64,000 nt of DNA from Raillietiella orientalis (Eukaryota), in NCBI GenBank assembly GCA_036172245.1, contig JAYWIR010000009.1, positions 3,472,001 to 3,536,000 of the forward strand. The letters run 5' to 3'. A program made the position numbers and the translations under genes. The stretch's first letter is position 1. Each line of letters starts with the position of its first letter. Shown here one piece after another: positions 23,535 to 35,500 of the stretch. A model generated the notes under the pieces. The model ran no database searches and had not been told where the DNA came from. It was given only the letters and a program-made list of their open reading frames with translations.

Positions 23535-26500
23535 CTGGAAGAACAGTCATCGGTGGAGGCCATGCAGAGGCGAGGAGGGAAAAAGCAGGGGTGAGGGGGA
23601 TGTTCGAGCCCTCTCTATCCCCCTTTGCCCGAAAATGGGGGTCGAACGCCGCGCGCGCTCTGTGCAGCGGGTGCCAGGCGGCGGGAGCGGAAAGGGTAGC
23701 ACACAGGGCAGCAGGAAGGGAGGCAGCGGCTGTAGGGGCTGCGGAAGAGGCAAGAAAGGAGATGGTCTCAGTGCAGGCAGTGTGCAGAGGGTCTGTGACG
23801 AATTTCCATGTGGGAAACAATGTCTAGAGGTGCCTGCTTCCAGTCTGGGCGTAGGAGCGAAGGGGAGGGGGTGATCGAGGGGTGAGTCAGATGGGGAGAA
23901 AGAATAAGAAGAAACGCCGGAAGGCCGAAAAAAACTTCTTTTTGAGGTCTATTGGACAATGAGGAAGGAGTAGGCTGCAGTGACCTGCTATGTTCCCTTC
24001 CTCCGCTGCTTCTTGCTCGCCTGCCTTTTATTCCCCGCACGCTCCGAAAGAAAGGGAGGAGGAAAGAGACTCCCACCTTCCCTCAGACACCATAGAGGAG
24101 AGCCGCTATCCACCACCGCGACGAGCGTAGGGTAGGTGGCGCCATCTGACAAGAGAGTTACTTCTCTTCCCGCTCTTTCTTCCTTCCACCTCCGCCTCCC
24201 GAGCTGTTTGGCTCCCTTGAAAGCGAGGGAATTTCGCCCGTTTCTCTAGTGAGGTCAGTTCTTTGGCACGGGAAGAGCGAAGCATAAGGAACGCTGCGTC
24301 CACCACTGCTCCTCCTCTGCCATGGAAACCGGGCGAGAGGAAGCCAAGTGGGCGATCTCAGTTTCACAGACTCGGTTCGTCATGTCACGAGGTCGGAGAG
24401 AGGGTCACGGCGCAGCGCCTTCCTCTCTATTGGGGTGACCGTACGGAGAGGGAGCTCGATGGCTCAGGGGAAGCCTCCGAAATGCCACCACTGCAGGCGG
24501 ACCACCTCTGGTCAGACCGCTTCCAGAAAGGAGGGTTGCCATTCTTCCACCTGGATATCAAGGTTGATCCCGCAACTCCGAGGTTTCTTTCTGGGAGGGA
24601 CTCTCCGGGAAGACGGAGTTCCCAGAGCTCGCCACAGGGGCGAAGTGGCTGCCGTGAGCTCTCCATCTGGCAAGTAAAGAGGAATGGACCGTCCGTGTCC
24701 GCAGGGCAAAGCACGCGTCAAACAGAAGCTGCCGCCGTCCCGATCGCCACCGTGCGGTGCACTTGAGTCCCTTCACCGGCCGAAGGGTTTGCCATTCGAA
24801 GAGGGGCGGAGAGCCCTGGGAAACGCGGCATCGGCTGCACCGAAAGTTTTGCTGGCTGTTCTTCGCTTTCCCGGCAGCTTCCCGACTGTCCTCATTGGGC
24901 GTCTCTTCAGGTCGACGGAATCTTCCTTCTCCTGTGCCCCCGGGCAGAAGGGAAACTGATGAAATCCCCTCCTCTTTGGACTCCTGCCACTTCTGGGGTC
25001 CACCAAAGACCTCTCGCATCAAACTTTTCAGACGGCCGTGGGCCGTCGAGTCCTCCATGGGCCGCCCGTGCTCGCTTGGGTTCGCTGGAAACTTCCCTCT
25101 ACCGTGATCGGCGATTCCTTCAGGAGAGGTTGAGAATCTTTCCGGGAATCGCTGGCCCACTTCTCGCTGTCCTCTGATGCAGGCTGGTTGGCTCCGTTGC
25201 TCCCGAGGACCTCTGCCACCGCTTCTCTAGAATCCCCATCGCATCCTCGCCTCGTCCTCCAGGGGATGTTTCCACTGCAGCTCCATCGGCTGCCTCGTCG
25301 CACCTCCTGATGCTGGAGGGGAAGGTGCACTGTTCACCGCTCCGGGTTTCACATCCTGCGCTCCCCGGCTGAGCAACGTCCACCGCGGGGTGGTTCCGCT
25401 CGTCTGCTTCCTGCTCCCTCGGCAGAGTGGTTTGCGCGAGGCACGCTGGAGTCGTAGCGGAAAAGGACGAGCCATCAGCCAGCGCCTTGCCTCCTCCATG
25501 GTGACCCTCTGGCCGCTAGCGACCGTTATCTCTCGCCCAACCGAGAACGGCTGTGCGTAAGCGGCAGCCTCGCAGGATGCGGTCGTCGGCGCGCCGCGAC
25601 CCATCTCCGGACCGTTCCCTCTCACTCCCGCCGGAGGAGTTCCAATCCGCCGCGACGCGCAGGCAGCGCGAGTCTCAGCGGCGCACGACCACAGGGACCT
25701 ACCGTCGAGTACGTGGACCACAACGGCCGGGGACTTGACGCCGTCGTATCTACAGGCGTATCTGCCGTTGTCCATGGCGGTGACGTTGTGCACGGTGATG
25801 GTGCCTCGCTTGCGGACCGCGTCCGTCAGCAGGGCCACGCCGTTCCTCCCAGACGTGGCCAGGAGCACGTCGTCACGGTACCACAGGACGTGATCGACAA
25901 CCTCCATGAACTCGTGGACCTGGCAGCTCAGCTTCAGGTCGCTCCCCGAGTACAGGTACATCTCCTGAGGGCCAGCGATGGTCAGCGATTTGTCTGTGGA
26001 AGAAGGGAGATGCACAATGAGCGGAAAGTAGGAGGAGGGCTTGCAAAAAAAGCACCCCCACAAAAAAGGACAGCGTGCGCTCCGTTGCCCGGAGTAGTGA
26101 GGGGAGCTCAAGAGCTCTGGGAATGGAGAGAGATTCGAGAGGATTTTCGCTCCGCGAACTCCGCCCGCCAGAGCGAGACGGACGTCGTCAGCGGCACTCC
26201 TCTTGTAAACGAATCCCTGGAGACGCTCCTCTCCTCGTTCCGGCTGAAGAACGACTGCCACGAGCATCCCAGCCGTTCCTCAAAGCCTTCCTCCTTCCCC
26301 TTCATTTCCCTCTGGACGCTCTTCCAGGAGAAAGTCCATTCTTCAAGGAGAGGCTCCTCTTCTGGAAACGATCCGCGGGAAGCACTCCCTGTTCTCTGAG
26401 GTCTCTCTCTCCTCCTACCTTGGGAGATGTGTTGAGGGAGAGTGTTAGGTTAGGAGAGGCGCTTCTACAGGGCACTTTGGTGGATTTTCCACAGGCCGGG

Positions 26501-29500
26501 AAGGGAGGCGCTGGGTGGGGTTGGAAAAAGAGGAAGAGGAGGAAGAGAAGAGGAGGAGAGAAGAGAAGGAAGGGGAGGAAAGGAAGAGGAAGAGACAAAA
26601 GAGAGAAGGAAGAGCAAAGGAAAAGGAAGTGACAGAGACCAAGAGATTGATGCTGAGAAGATGAGTGTAAGTCGCTGATGCTCTCTGTAGTAGGGGCTGC
26701 TGTCTGCTTTCGTGTTGCATGAGGGGGAAGAGACGAAGTCCCTGTAACACTGCGTCTCCCTCGAATCTCCTTCGAGACAGGAGGAGATCGTGCCTGAACT
26801 TGCGGTCAGAAAGAGGAGGGAAGGATAGTGGCTACTTCCTCTTTCGCCGGCTCCTGTCCAAAGCAGAGCCAGCGTGATGACTGCATCTTTCTGCCGTCCT
26901 GCTTCAGCCGTAGACACCACCGCACCCCAGAACCACGCTCTCCCCACTTCCTCCTCTCTTGTCCTACTCCCACGCACTGTCCGTCTCTCTGAGTCCTACT
27001 CCGCACCATCTTTACACCACCTCGCTCTGCCCCGCATCACCCACAGCCCTCGTTTTTCCCATTCACGGCACTGCTCCCGTCTATCACGTCCTGCTAACCG
27101 AGGTCAGGTCACAGACTGGGACTTTCAGGTTCACGCGGCGACTGAGGGAAATTTCTCTCCACGGGAGGGCTCCCTCACCGTTTCGCAGGAGCGATCAGTT
27201 CGCTCGTCTGCTTCAGAGGTGGGGTGCCGCCAGGAAGTCCATCCTTCCCAGATCGCCAGGCAGTGCAGGAAAACGTGGAATCCACAAACCATTATCCGGG
27301 ACCTCCATGACACCCATTGATCCTGCATTCTTCGACTGACACCAGCCCCGCCGGTCGGTCCCGCAAACTCCCGAGTGGAGGTCCATGTGGAGGTCGGCGG
27401 GACGGCAACAAGGGGTCGCGGGCACATGTCCGGGGCATGAAGCGCCTCCTCCCAGGGTCCGTGACCCCTGACCCTGGTGATCTCGTGGTCGCCTCGCTCC
27501 TCAGTGGCCCTCCTTGCAAGTCTGTGCTCCGCTGCTCCCATTCCCTCCTCCACGGTGGACCTTCTGTGCGCTCCGTGTCCGCTCGAGTCGGAACGAACGG
27601 CCCTGGGAACGAAGGCCTCACACGCCCCCAGGCGTCTTCGAACACGTGCGTGTGGGTCCGAACGGCGCGCGGCGCTATCCGCTTCCCTTCCGGGAGCGGG
27701 TGAACAGGTTCCTCCGGAAGGAACCCGCCTTTTCCTCCATCCGAGGAGAGTCCCACGTCTTCCTGCAACGGAGAGAGGGAGGAACGCTCTATCAACAACC
27801 CGTTCGCCTCCTGAGAGCGATCATGAGAAGATGGATGACTGGGAAGGAGAGAAGCGCGGGACTGATGTAATCCCGAGGAGGTGAACCGGAAAACAGCAGG
27901 GCACTCGGTTCAGGAACATTGGGAGGAAATGGTCCATGATGCGGGAGGCTGGTAAAAGACAACAACAAAAAAAAAAAGAGTCCAGGCCATTTTCCACATT
28001 AGAGAGGGAAGCTGGGGAAAATCTGCTGAGAACGGGCGTGGACCAAGGACAGGTGTGTTCGTGGCCGTCCTCCTTCTTCCAGAGGTTGCGTTCCTGGTAT
28101 CGCGGACTGTTGAAGAGAGATAGCACGGAGACGCCCCACCCACGAGGAGCTTCGGACGAAGATGCAGCAGCGTCTTGGTCCGACTACGTTGGCACGTGGC
28201 GGACCAAGACGCGCACGTGCAAGGGAAGGGGCAACCTGCGCCTCCAGCAAGTCTTTCTTCGGGAGCGGTGCCCCTCTTTTGCAGATGCCATTCGGGTCAG
28301 CGCAGTTCTGACCCCCTTCTGCCTTCCCAATTATCTCTTCTTCTGGCCGTGGCTGCTTTGAAGCAGCGGGTGCATTCAGAGCTCCTTCCCTATTCGGGAA
28401 GGAGCAGGGGAAGCGGGGAGGGGGCAGAGGAGAGGGGCTTCCAGCCGCGATCCGTGCTCCTCAAATCCGGGAGAGACTCCTCGTGTGTCCTGTGCGCGCG
28501 CGTTCCCGGCGCACCTCCCGCCAGCATCTTTCCCGGGTCGCCGGTCCGGGGCCCCCTTCCCTCACTGCCGTTCTCTGTGGGACGGTGGCTCCTCGAAACC
28601 CGAGCGAGGAGACCAATAGGTCCCCCAGCTCAGTCCCCGGATGTCCAGAGGGAGGAGTGGAGTAGTTACTTGGTGCGAAAGAGCAAAAGCAGCTGACGTC
28701 ACGTCATGACTAGGCGGACGCTGGCCGGAGCGAAAACCAGCGCGGGCGGAGGGGTGAGAGCAGAGATGCTTCCCGGAGGCGCGCGATCGCCAGACTGCAG
28801 TTCCTCGCCGGTAGCCCAGCGGGGCAACCGAGAAGGGGACGACCGAGGTGCTGCTTCCCTTCCCGCAGGGGGCGGGGCCGTAAGTGACGGATGCGCTTCT
28901 GTAGGAAGAGCGGTCCGAGGCGAAGGCCGAGGCCTTCCCGGAGGCCTGAGAGCACCACTTCCTTGAGCCTTCCGGCACCCGGCCATGGGCAAAAGACTCA
29001 CGACTCCGACTGCAGGAAGAAGCGACAAGAATGCCCCGAAGGGCACTCTCGTCTCTTCTCGTCAATCTGACTTCGCCCGAGTCTTCTTGACTTTGACTTC
29101 GCCGACCCGGGGCCGCGAGGCCTGCGGGCTCTCCCGTGCGCTGACCAGTGGAAGGACTCACACGATGGACGGCACGGTGTTTCGACCGTTCTCGAAGAGA
29201 CGAAGACCTCGAGGAGTGCCGCAGTCCACCAGCAAGAGCGGGGCGAGTTGGGAGGGCAGCAGTCCCGGTGACCGCGGCGTAGGTCAAAACCCGGAATCGC
29301 CATGAAAAACCGACACGCGTGCTCGTTCTGCATACATTAATATACAAATTCATTTTCATGTAGATAGTTCCTATTTATCGACGTTCCTATTGTTTGCGGT
29401 AATATCATTGGAACATAAATATGTATCAAGATTCAGTGACCTACAATTTAATTAATAAGATTAATAAGTTGTTCATTGCATTGTGGATGCAAATGCGTAT

Positions 29501-32500
29501 TAAAGATTACAAAAAATAAATATATGAGCGTATTTTGTATATACATACTTATCGAAAGTTCAATATATAGATTTGCGTATATTACAAAGATTATTATAAA
29601 TATACATATGCTTGTTATTTACGTCCTTATTTATAGATAATGGAAAAATACGTGTGTGAATACATATATACATATATATAAATGTATACGTGTGTAAATG
29701 TGCATATATAAATATGCATATATAGGTATACATATACAAATGTACATTAATAAATATGCAGATATAAATATATACACATATAAGTTTACATGTAGAAACA
29801 TACATGTACAAATGCACATTCATAAGTATGCATGTATAAAGATACATATAAACATAGATATATGAACACACATATATAGAAATACACATATAAATGCACA
29901 TTTAAAAGTATGCATATATAAATATGCATAAATAAATATACACACATAGATGTACATGAATAAATGTACACATATACATAAATAAATATACACATAAATA
30001 CATACACAAATATGTATTTATAATTATGCATGTATAAATATACATTTATAAATACGCATGTAAATATACATATATAGATGCATATTTATAGATATGCACG
30101 TATAAATATATACACATATAAACATACGTATGTAAATACCCAATAAATTTCTATATATATGTACGTACGTGCATATATATAGAAATGAAAATATGTACAT
30201 AAATATATATAAATATAAATCTACATGCATATGGTAAGCATACGTATTTATTTTTTATAATTTCCATGACATATTTTAATCCATATATTAATGTTTATAT
30301 ATACACATAAAATAAGCTTATATATTTGTTTATTACAATCTTTGTAATCTACACTAACCCTCAATTACTGCTTATATAAATATATATATGTGAATGTATG
30401 TTTATTTTTTTATAATTTGTATAATGTATATTAATCCGTATATCCGAATGCGCGTAATTATGTGAATGAATATGTATAATAAGTCCATATATGTATTTTT
30501 TTTCTAATCTTAAATATGCCAATAATATGACCGGCAGCTTCGAAATTTCATTAGCAAACTGTGAGTCACTGAATCTTAATAATCGCGTCCGATAGCATTA
30601 CTGCCAGTAATAGGGAGGTTAATAAATAGGGGTAGCCGGGCGTATTGAGATAAATCTGAGCACGAATCTTTGCGGGGAGGGGCGCACGCGTGTTTGCACC
30701 TCGAGGTCCTTCGGGATTTTGATCGCTCTGTGATTTCGGCGGTCGGGATCTGGAACGGGGGTTCCGTGATTGCTGCGGGCTTCGGGGGTGCGGGCGGATC
30801 AAATTAAGGGCTGGGACGCTCCCCGCACGCCGCGCTCCCCTCGCGCGCGCGGACTCCGGGATACTCCATCCGCGGCGTCGCGAGATAGGCAATCTGCGCC
30901 GGGATCGGTCCAGAGACGAATTCCCTGTCCACCGCGATCCCCTGGCCAACCCCCTCGGCGGGGGCGGCGGAGGGATTTCCTCGTTGCGGCGGCAGCTGCG
31001 AGCACCGGTCATCTTTCCGGGAAGGGCTCCATCCGATACGGATGCGGCGGCAGCAGCGAGATAAACCTCTTCCTCGGTTTACCGTCGCTCCCAAATCGCT
31101 TAATTAAATCGACGGTTCGAGCTCATCACGCGGCAGTCGCCGCTGCCTCCATGGAAATCAATTCTTCATCCTCGAGGGCTGCTGCTATTTGGTTCGTGGG
31201 CCATCCAGGCAGTACGGTCTAATTAGATTCATCGCGGGAACGTGATTAATCTAATAGGCTACCTGCTCCTCCTCTGCAGCCGACTTATTAACGGGGCCCA
31301 AATCAGGTTAGCAGGAAAGCTCCGCGGGCGTTCTGACAACTCGGGTTCGACAGCGGCCCGCTGCTCCTGCACTCGGCACCGGCCCACGCCCCGCCGTATC
31401 CCACCGGTAGGCAACCCGAGGGTGACCTCCACCGGCCGTCCCTTCAAGCGGCTCTGCTCTTGCAGGTTCAGTCTCGGGAAGGACGGTCGGGCCGGGCGTC
31501 GGCGCCGGCAGGTTCTCTCGGCGGTCTTGGGCTCGCGCGGAGGGGCAGCCGACCTTCCACGTTGCGTGGCACGAAACGCGGGCGCTTTCTGATGTGGCGC
31601 GGTCGTACGGGCAGCGAGCCGGCGGTCGGACGACGATGGAGACCTCCGCGAGCCGCGGGAATCGGGGAACGGTCGACCCCGTTCGTGGGTCAGTCAGCGG
31701 TCTGACTACTAAACTGGGGCCTCCCGCTGCATCACTGGACTCCGGGGTAGGTGGGGCTGGACCCCAACTGTCGCAGGTGCAAGGAGCACGAATCCCTCCC
31801 GCGCCTGCTAGTGGTCTGTGTTGCCCTCCGGCCCCTCTGGGAACGCTTTGCCGCGGACCTTGGAACCACCGGAGGCAAATCCAGGGGCGTTGTGCGACTC
31901 TGTGTGTGGAACGCCCTGCACAGCAGCAGCACTTTGCTGCCTCCGAGGGATCGTGGCGGTGTGCAATGGAGTCAAGCGAACGAGAGGGACGCCGTCCACT
32001 TCGCCGTTCGCTTTCTGCGGATGGCGGCCAGAATGCCCCACCTGGAACCTATTCGGACGGACTTAGACGGCATCTTGGGAAGGATGCCGGCGCCCTCCAG
32101 CGGACAGTGATCCCTTCCCGGCCCTCCAGAGGGTTCTTGATTAATTTTTCTTTTTGTTTTTCCCTCGTCCCCCTCCGCTGCTGAGGTAACCCCTTCCGGC
32201 CTGCGCGCCGGTGACCCGGCAGGTCAATTTCGAGACCGTCTGTGGGGGGCTTCACGCCCCACCACGAAAGTTGCACGTTTATTACTGTCCAGTAAATGCC
32301 CCGGCGTGACCGGGCGGCGATGGGTCAGTCAGCGACGTCGCGCCTTCCCGGGCGGGCTTCGACCAGGCTTGCCAGATTCACACGGGGGCGAGCAGCTGGG
32401 CGTCTCGCGGGAGCAGGGGAACGGGGAGACGCGCGCACGCCTCGCCCTCCCGGAAGAACGCTGGACTCCTCCTCGCATCCATTCCGCCTCTCTCGCGCCC

Positions 32501-35500
32501 CGCTCGAACCCGAGCGCGCGCGAACCGCGCACGTGTCCGCGGCACACGTCGCTCCGCGCTCAAACGTCTTCCAGGAACATCCGTCCTCCCCTTTTGGCAC
32601 TGCTCCCGAAGGAAAAATTCCTCGATGACTGGGGGGTAGAGAGAGAGAGAGAGAGAGACGGGATGCCTCCGTCGAAAATCGATCTCTGGCTCCACACCCG
32701 GGAAGCCGGGAACGTGAGGGAAACGCACGGGAAGAGGAGAGCGGGATACGAGCGCGCGTGGCTTGCAGTCCCGATCTCCCGAACTCGCAAATGCGCTCCC
32801 CGTCAGCTGACGCGAGCAGGACGGAAGCGATTTAAACTTGGGACCCGGGAGGTTGCTGGACGTCCCCACGGCCACGGGACGCTCGCGGTCCACCTAGACC
32901 AACTGCTTGACGCGCACGTCGCGGGCACTCCCGGCGCCACCTGAGGGACCTCGTAGTCGTCCGGCCGTCCGCTCCTGCAGTTCGTCGGGTTCCCTGAGCG
33001 ACTCCCAGGATGGCGGAAGTCTTTAGGGTTCTCCGGTTCTCCTATCTTCCCTGCTTTCCTTCCACATTTTTCTTTTTTGAGGGATTCTCCAAATGCTGGA
33101 GAGCCGCCTGCTTCCTCAGGGGGCGCTCATGGAGCCCTCGAAGCACCGCCTACACCGCCCGAGGGTGCATGTTGACCCTTCAAGTTGTAGGGGGCGACCA
33201 GGAGGGACCTCCCTGTGAATCCAAGAAGGCCCCGGGGGAAGGAGTTCCTTCTTCCCTTACTCTTCAGAGGGGACCCCCCACCCTAGTTGTCTCCCAAGGG
33301 AACCTCTTCCTTGTTCCCTCTGGAGGGGTCAGACCCCAGAGGCGAGACCACTCCCCGTTTCTTCTCCGGAGAGAACCCGGAGAAGATGTAAAGATCCGCT
33401 CCTGGAATTTCTTCTCCTGAGGGAACCCCGCAAGGGAACCGCTCCCTGTTTCCTCCTCCTCCTCTGAAGAGAACTCCGAAGGGAGCGGCATTCTTCTCAC
33501 ACTCTGGAGAGGCGATCCCTCGAGGGGGATATCAACCAGCTCCATGAGACGCGACTCCCTTTTCCCAACCGGAATCTTAAGGGCTCTCTGATCCTTCCGG
33601 AAAGTCAACTTCGAATCCCGGTGGCCAGCCAAGGGGGGCATCCGGCTTCCACCTGTGCTGCACCCGAAGAAACCGACCAACGCCATCATGCAGAAGGAAC
33701 TCGAAACCCCACGACGACGCGCCCTCCCTTCTCAGCGTGGACCCTTTCCCCGACGGGATTCGAACCCGTGACGGCTCAGTGAGGCGCGCGGAGACCTCGC
33801 AGCCGCACGGCCGCGAGAGCATGCATCGATCGCACGCTTGCTGTACATGAGAGCCGTACACGCGGCCGAGCCACGTCTGCCACGGACTCCAGGAGCGAGC
33901 GGCTACGGCCCCTCGCGTCGCACACGAGCCATCGCCGCACCCGCTAGCCCCTTATGTGAGCCACAAGGGAGATAAACCCGCCGGCGGACCGACTGCGGGT
34001 GGTGGACGGGAAGAGACACAGGAAAGGAGACGGAGGAGCAGCAGCAGACCTGTCAGGATGCTGCGGACCGGATGACTTCTAGGCCGGCGGAAGGGTCGTT
34101 GCTCGGCACGTGTGGGAAGGTTGTAGGGCCACTCATCGTTCAGTGCCCTTCCCTCCTAGCGGGCAGGCGGGGTGCTGACCAACTGGACAGATGGCCCTGC
34201 CCTCCTGCCTCCCCTCCACCTCTTCGGCTGCTCCAAGAGATGTCCGTCGAGAGGGAACATTTTACGGAGGTTCTCCCGGGCCTAGAAGGCCGCAGCCCAC
34301 TCTTCAGGTCCTGAGCGCCATCATGGTGCCGCCGTGAGAGAGGTCCGGCGGAGCGCCACCGATCCCGCTGATCAACGCGAGATGGTCGGCAGGTGAAGCG
34401 GTGAGGCAGAATGCGGCAAGAGGCAGCGTCCGGGTGAGACACGGGGGATGGGACAGTCCACGGAGAGGGGACCATTCAAAAGGTGACCCCTTACTAACTC
34501 TCGGGAACACTTCTAGGAGGAGCGTCCCTTGGGGGCGTTGCATCTTCTCATCCCCTCTTTCTGCTTTCCGCCTCTCCCCACCATGTGCTCCAGGAGCTTC
34601 CCAGCTTGCCGCAACCCCTTTTTGTCTGTCGACAGGGTCCCGTCACGGCATCTTTTACCCCCGTTCTCCTCCTTCATTTGTTCGCCTCATCCTACCCCGC
34701 TGCCACCAGAGCGGCGCTGAACGAGACCGCACTGAGAACTTTCACAGAAGGGGCTCCGGTCGCGGGCAGAAGCTCATCCCGTGTCCAGCGCGCTTTCCAC
34801 CTCTGCCTGCCGGGAATGCTCCGCCCTCCTGGGGAGATTCGAGCTGGAGGCGGTGTTGCGGCGATCTCGTCTCCTTTCCCTCATGGGGCACGAAAGCTGG
34901 GCACCGACTCCACCGCCGAGGACAGCGGCGATTCACTCTGGTCCTTCTAGCATCCGTCTATTGGCCCTCATGATTTCCTCCCTCCTTCCTTCCTCTCTTC
35001 CTCCTTCTCCTCTTCTTCCTCTTCATCTTCCCGTCCTTAACTTCCCTTCCCCATTCCTTCTTCCTACTTTCCCTCTTCCTCCACTTCCTCTTCCCGTACT
35101 TCCTTCACTTTCTCATCCTCTTCTTCCACTCCTCCCCCTCTTCCCTTCCCTCTTCCCTTCCCTCTTCTCCTTCCTCTTCCTTTTCCTTCTCCTCTTCCAT
35201 TCTTCCCCCTCTTATCCTCCTTCTCTTCCCTTTATACCTTTCCAGCCTCCAGCCTTCAGGACGCACTTCTGCCTTCCTCAGGGAGCTCCCTTGCAAATTT
35301 ACCCTCCGGGAAGGAGCTGCAGCGTCCGAGAATGAGACGCGCCGCCGTTGTATTCCGGGTGAGCGCTCAAGGGGATGATTTCCGTCTCTCCCCCATGTGG
35401 CCGAGAAAGGTCATCCATTGTCAGAGATTCTGAGTCCATTCTGAGTCCACGCCCTTCTCCGTTTCATGCGAGAAGCGACTCCGCATACGGTGATCCCGAA

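Noticed and set aside
25713..26399. 228-aa plus-strand ORF
   Set aside because: It is the antisense shadow of the GC3-rich dpr Ig2 exon and shows no independent protein motif.
27950..28350. Possible APE endonuclease remnant on the minus strand
   Set aside because: Only vague similarity (LLEAQ, GVSVL), and the catalytic motifs are not recognisable.
29560..30230. Tyr/Ile/Cys/Met-rich ORFs
   Set aside because: These are translation artefacts of AT-rich simple repeats.
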